DNA of 63,917 nt, the filler included, from Klebsormidium nitens (Eukaryota > Plantae > Klebsormidiophyceae): assembly GCA_000708835.1 (NCBI GenBank). It is 6 parts of 6 records of this genome, joined end to end, with 100 filler letters (N's around TTAATTAATTAA, not from the genome) between each part and the next. Parts side by side here need not be neighbours in the genome. Positions count along the whole stretch, not along the records: positions 1 to 28,837 come from DF237793.1; positions 28,938 to 31,094 come from DF238732.1; positions 31,195 to 51,367 come from DF237934.1; 3 more parts are not named here. The stretch is one strand, 5' to 3'. The position numbers and the translations under genes were made by a program. Below the pieces are notes generated by a model. It had not been told where the DNA came from. It did not search any database and saw only the letters and a program-made list of their open reading frames with translations. The stretch's first letter is position 1; every line of letters begins with the position of its first letter. Of this stretch, positions 25,799 through 36,757 are shown piece by piece.

Positions 25799-28700
25799 GC
25801 AACGCAAAGGGCGTCTCTTGAGCGGAGCCCATCTGTTGGAGGACTTTGGTCTTGGGTCGGTTCGCTGTAGCCAGCGAGATAAACAGTCGGGTTTGAGCCA
25901 GCTTCGGCTGTGGGGAGGGCAGCAAGAGGAGAATACTAAGAGACTGTAGACGGACAGGCTGATGTGTGCATTGATGCGGATGGTGGGCAGTGGATCCCAG
26001 GCCTGTTTCAAGTCCCGAGAAAGTGTTCAAGTGCGAAAGGAACCAGTTTTCAGCTTTTAATCACGCGAGATATTCTTGATCAGGGTCCAAAGCCACGAGA
26101 GGTTTTTTCGCCAAATTCTTCATTTGCGTTCCCAAGCCTTTGGTATTGTTTCACTTCGTTACTTTGACCCGTTGGGTTGATGTCTGTGTGTACTTGGTTC
26201 AAAATTTGACGGAGTGAGGCTTTCAATCCTATCAAAGAGTCTGCAGTGGCAGTGCGTGAGGAGTTGAAATAGGACGGAGTCGCTGTGTAAAAGATTGAGT
26301 GGCTTTGTGTGATTGTCGGCTTCTTCCTGTTTGCTTGCAAGCCAAGTCGATTGTAAGCCTATTATATGCATCTCTGGTCGAGTCCACATTCAGCCTCTTT
26401 GTACAAAGGCAACAACACTTTCAGGAAAGTCTTGTCTAGAGCACCTGAAGCCTCGTTGGGTTGGCAAGGTTCTCCCATCTTGATGATGACAAAGTTAAAG
26501 TGCACATTGCTGACGACCGCAGTGTTCTCTCGCTAGTACGGAGGACTACTAGTTCAAATTTGAACATGCACAAGACACATCTGCCATTCCCATTCGCACT
26601 ACACGGATTTTTTGAGTCCATTGCGAAAGAAGGAAACTGAATTTCGACCAATGTGCGACAATGCGAACTAGAGTTCAAAAAAGGAAAAAACGTTTGGGGC
26701 CTTTCTAAGTGGGGAGTAACGAATAAGAGGACTTCTGCGAATGTTTCAGTCATTTTCGAAGCCAGTGCGAAAACGAGAACTTGCGTGTCTACCTGGCAAG
26801 TAGTGTATGGCCCTCTAGCAAACCACAAGGGCTCAGAGTGCAAGCCTTAGACACGAAGCAGACAAAGCGTAATTTTCTACGGAAATCGGGCTGGTGACCT
26901 CCAAATATCAATGCTCTGAGCAGCTCGAAATCAACCGTTGAGCACGAGATCTTAGGCTTAGAGTATAATCTTGCTGTAAAGGGTTGTGGCCGCAATCAAG
27001 CTACCGGTATATGCAATCAGTTGGGGCTCGTTAATAATTTTGAACTTAGATCAGTGCATGCTCCGATATAGCATCTAGATCCGTTTCTTTTTCTTTTCCG
27101 GTTTGAAATTTTGAATGGATGAATGGCGACTGCCCAACACTAATCAATGACCCGGGCTCGAGAAGTGGGTACCTAGTGAGAAGTTACCTCAACCGCTTGT
27201 GCCGCATTCACCGATACCACTCACGTGCCACTCACTACTTGTCCCTACGTGTCCCCTTTTTGTCCCCCTACTTGTCAGCCTCGGACACATTGCAGATTTT
27301 CATAGTACGGTAGTGGATGTGCATTCAACAAGAACCATCGATCTGACATCCCGGTTGGTTGACAGTCTCATGTATTTGAGAACGGGCTTTTAGACAAAGC
27401 CGGCGCCCACTAGGTACTTTAATTGACACAGTCTTTGCAAGTACGGTATTCGCTTGCACTGTTGCACACCTCCGCGTGGTGCCCGGAGCCGACCGGCCCG
27501 GCGTCAGAGGATCGAGTCGATGGTCACTTCGTTTCCATGAACGCGTGCACACCCAGGTGCATAGCGCTTGAAACAATCGGAACAGCGTTCAAGTTCGAAG
27601 TATCCAACAATGCTACCTATGACAAGTGCTGACAAGTTATGCAAAGGCTCCAGGATTACACTGATCCAACACCTAGGCATTATTGTAGCATACTTATTAT
27701 GCAAATGTTTTATTCAAATTATTCATTGCAAAGCCTACAGTTTGAAATTAGCCGATCAGATAACATACATACCTACATGAATCAGACGGTACACAGACGG
27801 TAGACCTACCAATGGACAATTGTGGCCCCTGGCAATGCAGCCTGGCGTGACAGCGTGACGTGACCGTCCATTTTGCCCACTGAGGGACCGTCGGCCCGGG
27901 GGTGAACGCCCGCCCCCGCGCGGCCGGCCGCCCGTGTCGCACCCGGCGGCCCCCCTGCATCATGATAGTACCTACCGTACCGTTACGGTACCGTGACATA
28001 CGCGGAATGAGGCGGCGGACTCAACTATGCGGTTGAGAATCCCCGGTCACCAAAACGTCACTCCCTAATTAAATGTCACTCCGAGTCTCCGACTCACAAG
28101 TGGCGCATAAATGGATGGATAACATTGATCAGCCCAACGTCAAAACCAGATTCTTTTCTCACACGCACGGTGCGGATGGAACTTTGACGTTTCTCTTGTC
28201 ATCGAACGGTTCACATAATGTCGTACCTTACAGGCCGGGGTTCAATCATCGGGAGGCTGTTCGCCAGATTTGTTTCGATTTAGGGGGTGGATGTCACCTT
28301 AACAAGATGCCCCTATTTCGTTTCCATGATTTGCGCAAGTCTGCAGTTTGGATCTTTCGAATATTATGACGGCACGCGGAAACAGGGTGACGATGGACTT
28401 CCACTGTAAACTCTCATGCTGACATCAACCCATCTTAGGGTTGGCGACGTCACATTTCTGAGACGGTACCATACCAGGCCGACCTGGCTGACTTCAGATT
28501 GCGCATATTTGAGGTGGAAATCTCTCATAATATACTTTGAAAGGTGACGAAAAGACCCACTTTCAAATCCAAACACCGACCTACCCGAAATTGAAACAAA
28601 AGACCATGCGCCGGCCGGCGGTCGGAATATTTTAAGACTGGATTGGGACTGCCTAGGTAAAGTACCGGTAGCTTCAGGCATCTAGGTAGGCTACCCCGGG

Positions 28701-28837
28701 TATACCGTGGTTGCTTATTACATCAGCATGGCGAGGGCGTCAGAAACCACATGCTTATGGAGAGTGAAACCTTCAACTCAAACACTCCCCCTCCTTCGAA
28801 GCTAGGTATGTACCGTAGCACTGAAGTCAACAGCTGA

Positions 28838-28937
28838 NNNNNNNNNNNNNNNNNNNNNNNNNNNNNNNNNNNNNNNNNNNNTTAATTAATTAANNNNNNN
28901 NNNNNNNNNNNNNNNNNNNNNNNNNNNNNNNNNNNNN
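28838..28937. other. Assembly gap with artificial linker (44 N + TTAATTAATTAA + 44 N). The same structure occurs at 31095-31194, 51368-51467, 57499-57598 and 60088-60187
   Basis: An identical 100-nt structure occurs five times. The linker has stops in all six frames. Confidence 0.98.
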
Positions 28938-31094
28938 AGCCAACGGGGCCGGGTGCTGTCCTGCCTGGAGGCGGCTGTGGGGGGGTCGAAGGTCGTCATC
29001 GGCATGGACGTCAACATCGACTGCGCGCGGGTGATGGAGTACCTCTTCATGGTGCGGCCGGATGCGGTTCTCCACACCATCCGGAACACGGGCCTGTACC
29101 CGGCCGAGAGGCATGCGACCATCCGGATCTTTCCGCTTGGGAGCGGGCTGCTCGACTGCATCGACGCCGCAGTACGGGATGTGCTGGACCGTGTCGCTCG
29201 AGGCACGAAAGTCGTCGTGAGTTCTTCCTTCAGACCCTCCTGCACTAACAAGCCTTGTGCCCAGCGCGCTCGATTTGAACATCCATGTGATCTTCTCAAG
29301 CACTGTGAGAGAGCGTCTATGTCCAAGGTTTAAGGCGAGACATTCGAAGCATCTTCCCTGTTTGGTTGTCAGGCCCTTGCAAATTCCACTGCTGATGGAA
29401 GCCAAATGGGTACTAAGTGGGTACTGCCTGTCCCGTGTCGTGCTAAAACATTACAAGGTTTGTCTTCTGCGAACGGGTCTCAATCAGAACGGTCGCAGCA
29501 GGTCGCAGCAGGTCGCATCATCTGCTCTTGCCATAGGTCCTTGTGGTCTAAGAGCTAATAGCCGTGCTCTTGATTCTTGTTGCGCAGTGCCCGTCGACCT
29601 CCAAGCGCTTCGTGAAACACATCGAACACGATTTCAACATCGAGAACCCGCCCTCCGAGTCCGATCGACGCGGCATCTTCCTGCACGCCGACAAGAGGTC
29701 GAAAGCCGACGAGGAGTTCTTCCAGAAGGCGATGGCCGACCCAGACACCTACTTGGAAGCGGACTGTGTGGCGTTCTCTCCAAAGCTTGGCCCAGGTGTC
29801 TCAGAAGAGAAGCCGTACGCTGAGGAGACGGTCGCCTTCGCCCTTAACAACCTCAACGGCCCTGCCGTTGAGACGATGCTCCAGCAGCGTGCTCGCTTCC
29901 GAACGGTCACTAACTCCACCATCTACTACAAGCAGGCGGTGAGCACTGCAGTGGACCTGCCGCGCTCTACAGAGGCGGTATTTCAAGCCATTGAGCGGGA
30001 CGACAAGCAGATCGTCAAGATGCTCGGCGACGCAGCCGGCTTCCAGTTCCTGAGGGGTTCGCAGGGCATCTGCGACCGCTCCTCGGCGAGCTGCGTCTTG
30101 TACGCAAACAACATCCTCGCCAAGGTGGAAAGCTATCTTGAGTACGTGCCGAAGCTGAAGGCCGACCTCGAAAAGCAGGGCTACGAGGTGACGGTCGAGC
30201 GCGTCGAGCCAACGGTGAGGGTGCCGAGTAGTGGGTCGAAAACTGAAAAGCGCCCGGCATGGCTCGGTCGACAATTTGCACGTGTCGTTCTTTACATTCA
30301 AGTCTATTAGGTGGTGCAGATTGTCAAGCCCCTCAGGTGGCCCTTACAGTTGCAATGATCAAGTAGGCTTGAGTAGTGTCAAGCTAATGGACTGCTTTTT
30401 GGCCGCGTTCAGCGTGATCTCGGGGCAAGGTTAGGCTGGTTTGGCGTCTGCTGTGGGCATTGGTTTTGGTCGGGTGTGGGCTTGGGTTCGGGGCACGGTC
30501 AAGCTGTTTTGGGGTGGGGCTTCAGGCTGATTTGTGGCCGCGGTGAGGCTGGTTCCGGGTTTGCTGTGGGTCTGGTTTCGGGGCAGGTTTCGGGGCCGCT
30601 AACAAGCAAACTTGGGGGCGCAGTCAGGCTGATTTTGAAAGCGCGTTTGGGCTGGTTCGAGTCTGCTGTGGGCCTGGATTTGGGACTACTTTTGGAGCCG
30701 CGATCAAGTTGGTCTTTGAGGCGCGGTCAGGCTGGTTTTGGTGCGGTGCATAGGCTGGTTCCGGATTTGCTCTGAGCCTGGGTTGGCGGCTGTTTGTGAG
30801 GTCCTTAGAACTTGCAGAGCATAACGTCTTTTGAGAAGTCGAGATTTAGGGCTCACGGTCCCGCCACCGGACTGTGTTTGCTTCCGTGGAATGATCGGAC
30901 GTCCCACCATTTCCTTTCCAGGACGGCGTCGGGAGCCCGCCCCCGGAGGTGCCCCTCGGCTTCGACGCGGAGCCAGAGCTCCTGACCGCCGAAGAGTGGC
31001 GAGCGAAGTACATCATCAGCTCGGAGCAGTACGAGATCCTGTGCGAAAGGCCTGAGGACCTGAGCCCAAAGGAGCAGCTCCAGGAGTTTCTGTT
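28938..31094 (+). CDS. Replication origin-binding protein (herpes UL9 / NCLDV-like SF2 helicase), partial and spliced. Exons: <28938-29216, 29588-30214, 30922->31094
   Basis: KVVIGMDVNID resembles the UL9-family motif III region. The splice creates GTKVV|CPSTSKRF (motif IV). ADCVAFSPKLGPGVS resembles motif V, and ETMLQQRARFR resembles motif VI (QxxGRxR). Junctions are GT-AG and in phase. Both ends run into gaps. Confidence 0.7.
30330..30830 (+). repeat. G/T-skewed low-complexity degenerate repeat inside the helicase intron
   Basis: Recurrent GGCTGGTT, GCTGTGGG and GGTTTCGGGGC words, with very few A on the + strand. Confidence 0.6.
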
Positions 31095-32280
31095 NNNNNN
31101 NNNNNNNNNNNNNNNNNNNNNNNNNNNNNNNNNNNNNNTTAATTAATTAANNNNNNNNNNNNNNNNNNNNNNNNNNNNNNNNNNNNNNNNNNNNTCAGCA
31201 GCAGCTGAGACGTGTCCGTGCACCGCAAGCTGACGCCCGCGAGGATGTAGGTGAGCACTTGACCATTAAGAAAGGAGCTCCTCCGCGGCCGGTGTACTCG
31301 TTTGCTTCTGACCTCAACCGAGCAGCGAACATTTACCGTTGTCAAAGCTGACGCTTTTGATGAGCTGAATAATTGCAGTCGGGATCACATACGCCCAATG
31401 CCTTAGTCATTAGGATCAGATGCCAACAAGATAGAAACGACTGTCAACATCGACCGGTTTGTTTGAAGCTTGCCCTTATCTCTTTCACAAAGTGAGATGG
31501 CGTTAAGTCACAAGCATAGGAATGTAGAAGTTGCATTTTTGGGGCATGGCTTCAACTAGAAACCTCATATGGCACAACCACCACAGCAACTTTTTACTAG
31601 CTTGCTCGAGTCACTAAAACGACTCACATCTTATCAATTCTTAACGTGCAGCGCTTACAGCACTGCCCAACTCCACGGTGGGCGAAACCACTGCCTTGGA
31701 AGACGCGAACAGGGACTTGGTGGGTATTTGAATCACCAGACGCCTTGTTGATCTGAGCTGGTTGGAAAACAGTCATCTCATGATGGTCGATTTGATGAAA
31801 ACCTATCGGATGCTATACTTCAGTAGCTATTAAATGCAACCGTGAAGCAGACGGTCTGGTCAAGCACGAGGAATGTAGCTGACACCCGAAGGACAGCTTC
31901 GAGTCGTTGCAGTCAGACCCAAGGAAACGGCCAACCTGCCAAAAGTGAAATCTCGATGAGGCTTCTTCAAACCAAAGTCCCATGGCAGACCGATTTGGGC
32001 CAAGGATATCACTCTTGATTTGAGGTTCTGCTTAATTCTGAACTTTGATGAGTCTGACACTGCTTTTCATGCGTGACAGTGCAAGATTGAGATTCATCGA
32101 AGCAGATTCTAAATCGTGTCCAGACTTGCGAGGCGGCTGAACGCGCGCGGTCTCTTGGTTGTACTTCTTCAAATGCTTTCCCCATCCAGTCTGATTATCG
32201 GAGACCAGCGATCTGCAAGGAGGATGGAAACGTCTGCAAGAGATTGGTCTTGACACGTTGAGTCCCGGTCTTTGGTGCAG

Positions 32281-34978
32281 CTAGAAGTACACACCGAGGA
32301 GCGACACCTGATCTACCGCTCGGCTGTCTCCCTGGATATCGTCTGGAAGGACAGCCACTACTGGCAGACCGTGCCGGACCCAAAAGCCACTTTTGGCACC
32401 GCTATGGAGGTGAACGGGGTTTTCTGGTTTGACGTGCGTGGAAAACTGTCCGCGGCGTTGCAACCAGGGAAGGCGTACACTGCGGCGTGGCGGATCTCCG
32501 CTAATCTTAAAGCGTCCGGCTCGATGTTACAGACTGGATACCTCACGTTTGTCACAACAGTCGAGGCGCCCGGCGCCCAGCCGGAGATTTTCCGGGCCAT
32601 TGTGGACCCCCTCACGTTGCTGCAGAACGCAAAGCCCCCAAAGGCGGGTTACTTTGAGCTGGAGGTAGCCACGTTCGGGCTCGATCAGAAGGGGACTGTT
32701 TTGAAAGACTTTACCAGCCTTGGATCGACGGATCCGGGTGGCGAGGACGGGGCGGCAGTGGAGGTCAGGGTTACGTTCGAGATCGTCAACCACGATGGCA
32801 CCTCCAAGTTTGGCCTCAGGTTAGACAGCCTCGTATTGCGCCACGCTTTGCCGGGTGAGTTGACAGATAAAATTTTGACCTGCAGTTTGGTCAGAGTTGT
32901 TCTTTGCCCTTGTTACCCTTCCCTTACTTTTGCTACCCTGATTCGCAAAGAATGTTCGCATGTCAAGGATTCGAAGGTCGACTGCGTTGAGTCGCTCGTG
33001 GATCGTGTTAACTGAACAAGCATCATGCTGCCAGCTCTTCGACCAGAGATGGCGCTATTTGTCTTCTGTGAACTTCTTGACATCTGCTATGTGGGATTCT
33101 GATTCTGATGCTTCAAGTCTCAACTGTGCGGCACGTCGGGGACGCTATGGTCCATGTATATCTTTTGGAAAACTTGGAGCGCCCGCAGGCACTGGATGTC
33201 AGCCGACTCCCTCATCGATTCAAACAGCCAAATATCTTTGCTACACTTTTGGGGTTGGGTTTCCTCCTTCCGGTTCTCCTCCGAGTTGGGTCAAGCAACT
33301 CCTCTTTGATCTCCAAAAACTTTCGTGGAAGCTAAATTAACGTCCGGGGTCATTCTGAGTACCCCGAGAAAGCATTTCCCCATGTTCATCTGGTAAAAAT
33401 GCTGCTTCATAGGTTTCGGCGAGAAGCAGAGCAATCCAATTTACTATCTTCCCCTTAATTGATACAGCTGAGCTCCAGATCTTGAATCAACGCGCGGACG
33501 AGTACAACAGAGTCGAGCGTCTGATCGACGAGGCAATGGCGGCGGAGCGTTTTTCCCCAACAGCCTTTTGGGAGGGTCTCGTTGAAGAGCTCATGCCCTG
33601 CTTTGATGGTATAATGTGCGATCAGTGCCGGGTAAGTCCAAGCGCAGCAAGCCTTTTAGCGTCAACTTCGAACGCGAGCAGGTGCATCCCTTTTCTTTTC
33701 CTTCACTGCCACGCTACTCAGGGCCCCATTGGCCTTGTTCCAGCCAAAGATTACGATTAGCAAGCGTTGCAAAGCCCCTATCTATCGATGCGAGATTGCA
33801 TCTGATCCCGTGACACGTGTACGTACATCTGTTCCGGTGTGCAGCGCCGTCCCACTGGAGACTTTTGGTACCAATGCCGGTCCTGCACTAACAAGGGCAA
33901 GGGATTCCAGACAGACTTCTGCGAGACTTGTTATTCCGCGCCGGAAAGCAACCGGTAAGTTTAGAAGCTTTGTCCCCGCTTCATTTGTAATATGATCTGA
34001 CTCGTCTTTGTCGCCGTCTCGGGTCTTTCGTTGGTTCCATGTCCCAAATTCTCTTGCACATTTGAGTTCTGCCAGCACCGTCTTTCGAACAAGATACCTG
34101 GCCTCTTAACTCATTACACGCACCCCGATCACTTTATCGTGGCAGCTCGCCTTACTAGACATTGAATTCCCTCAAGTGTTCATACAGTTCCTTCAACCTC
34201 GAAGCTGGGTTTTCCTATAGGCTCTTTTGTAGAGAGACTCTCGAAAAATTGTAAGTTGCATTGTATGACGCTTTTTTACAAGGAACGCGTGTCAAACGAT
34301 ACTTCAAAAAAGCAATAGACTTCAGAAGCACCAGGCCTTGCTAGTAAGGAGAGCATGCAGAATGGTCATCGGTCACAGGATGGTTCAGTTTCTCCGTCGA
34401 TGGCCCTTGCAGTTGGCTCAAGGCGGTGCATCACAAGACGACGCATACAGTCGTGCCGATGATGCGGGAGAAGAGCTGGAGCAAAGAGGACTCGTACGGC
34501 GAAAGTGTATGGGACCTCAATTGGATGCTGGCGAAAGGTAACAGCTGCATTGAACACGTCCAAGAACCAACTTTAGGACGTTTCAAATGTGGTATCGCCC
34601 TTGTGCCGTCTTTAAACCGTCCAGATGCGAACATTCTTTGGAATGATCATCTGTAACGCGCACTAACGCTGAACAAGCAGCGTTTGCGTCTCGAGGATGC
34701 ATCCGATTTAAGGACTTGAGATTAAGGATTGAACGTAGAAGCACGTACTCTGCATCGAGCCATGAGATCAGTGAGATCTTGTGTGGCTAGAATGAATGAG
34801 GCTGCATTGATCTCATGTGAGTCACTACTGGATTGGAAACTGATATATACTGAGCGCGACCAATAATGTAATACAAGCAGCGGTGTATTTCCAGTATCTG
34901 AGACTCTCTGGCTCCGTCTTTGCAGCGTGCACGAACCAAATGCTGAAGGCACAGGAGGCCGAAGGCGGAGAAGATTGA
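32281..34978 (+). CDS. Phloem protein 2 (PP2) domain plus ZZ-type zinc finger protein, 5' end unresolved. Exons: 32281-32854, 33468-33631, 33845-33954, 34413-34537, probably 34926-34978
   Basis: PP2 signature SAVSLDIVWKDSHYW...VFWFDVRGKL...LQPGKAYTAAWRI...KFGLRLDSLVL. The spliced downstream part reads CDQCR|RRPTGDFWYQCRSC...DFCETCY...HHKTTH, a ZZ pattern. Junction phases are compatible. Confidence 0.75.
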
Positions 34979-36757
34979 AGCAGCCGCAAACCGGCCACAG
35001 AGAAGGACTTTTGAGACGTGAGCGGAGCCCTTCGCTTTCATCTGTTCTGCAAATGTTGTGTACAGCTAGTACCACGAGTAAACTCTAAGGTTGAAGCAGC
35101 GTTATCACCTGTATGCGTCCTTGCTCCTCGACAGCTTGAAATACACAGCAACTGCAGCTCAGCTATGGATGTGTGTTGATTCTTCGACGAAGCAGCTTGC
35201 TTACATATCGTTGGATGTCAAGGAAAGGGAAGCTGGCGGTCAAAGCTCTCGCCTGTGATCCTGAAACCCATTCGGGTTTGACGTTCTACTTCATCATACT
35301 CAGGACAAGACCCACGCGGCCCCAAAAACCTTTCTCCATTGCGTTTGAGGCGACTTCGTAGTGCGCCACAGGCTGCCATACAAGGCTCCTCTTCACAGCA
35401 GAAATAGGCTTTGAACTTTAGTTGTTAAAGGTGCGTACTTCTGTCACGCTTAATTTTAACCTGCTGGACGGACTCCAATTGAAGGACGCTTCTGATTCTT
35501 GCAGCTTGGGCCCGGTCAAGAACGGAGAGGCAGTGACGGAGAGGCGGAGCACTATACCATTAGATTTAGATTTGGATTTGACAACTCGAAAGTTGTCCGT
35601 TTGCTTGTGTAGCGCTGGTAGCGCCAGTTGTGGTAGGTCGTTGAAAAGGTAGAGCAGATCGCGGTTCCGCGCGGTGCATTGTTTGAACTTGACCTTTTTG
35701 CCTGATGCTCAGGACTTTTGGAACGTGTTAGAGCTCGGTGTCTGACCTTGCATGATAAGCAGCTTCTCGCGTGGTACTCCTCAGGTCGGAACGATAGCGG
35801 CCGCCTTTGTGAAGCCGTTCACCAGCTTCCGGAAGCAGTCTCCCGAATAGGGTCCAAGTGCAGATGAGCGTGCAGGCCCAGCACAACAGAGTTGCACGAT
35901 TAATTCCATACGAATTCCACATCAGAATTTGTCTCAATATCGGCTAGGTTGGTTCACTATTGCATCTAGATGCCGAAAACGGTCATGGTAGCGTAGCCGG
36001 GGATCATGAATGTAAGCTGCAAACCCCGTGTTATGATACAGATCCTGATGTATTACGGCCGAGCGCTGGGCCCGGACGGTCCCGAAAGTAAAGCATTAGG
36101 CCTGTTTCGGGGCTTTGGATGTTAGGCCTGGCATGGCTTCCCACATGCATCCTAGGCCTACGCATATGTGCATATTATATGCCATTGGGGCGCGACCTCA
36201 TGCAGGCGCCAGAGTGCATGATTAGCATTGACGTACATAAGATGCGTGCATTTAGCTTAATATTGACTTGGCAACGTGATCCTTATTCACTGCAAATGAC
36301 GGTCGGATATGCAGCATGAATAGCCGCATGCATCCTTAAATAGCGGCTAGCCATGCAGAGCGCGTCAACTCAGGCATTCAATGGTCATTGTACTAGGTCG
36401 ACGTATACGTCCAGTGCATACACATAAAGCAAGACCGTTGACTTGTAGTTCGTACCAATCACATTCTGAACGTGCAAGTCGATTTCAATAACGCTTGTTT
36501 CATGTACTTTCCAGCTTACGATGCAAGAGATCAGTTCCCCACATATGGAGGCTGCGCATCCGGCCTTGATAGAGCACGTGCGATTCCGAAATTTAAGACA
36601 TGGGAATCCCAAAAAACCTTGCTTCTACATTAGAACAGCAAATCATTCCCTACCCTAGGACTGCTATCTTCTTATGACCTTCTTCTTGTGCTTCCGCTGT
36701 AAGCACACCATGGCGCGAGGGTCCCTAAAAGCCCAGAGCTACGGTGCAGCCTGGAAC

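Noticed and set aside
28882-28893. TTAATTAATTAA repeated five times across the window, resembling a dispersed conserved motif
   Set aside because: It is always centred in 44+44 N. It is an artificial six-frame-stop scaffold linker.
29491-29520. GGTCGCAGCA tandem repeat, about three copies
   Set aside because: Short intronic slippage repeat with no sign of function.
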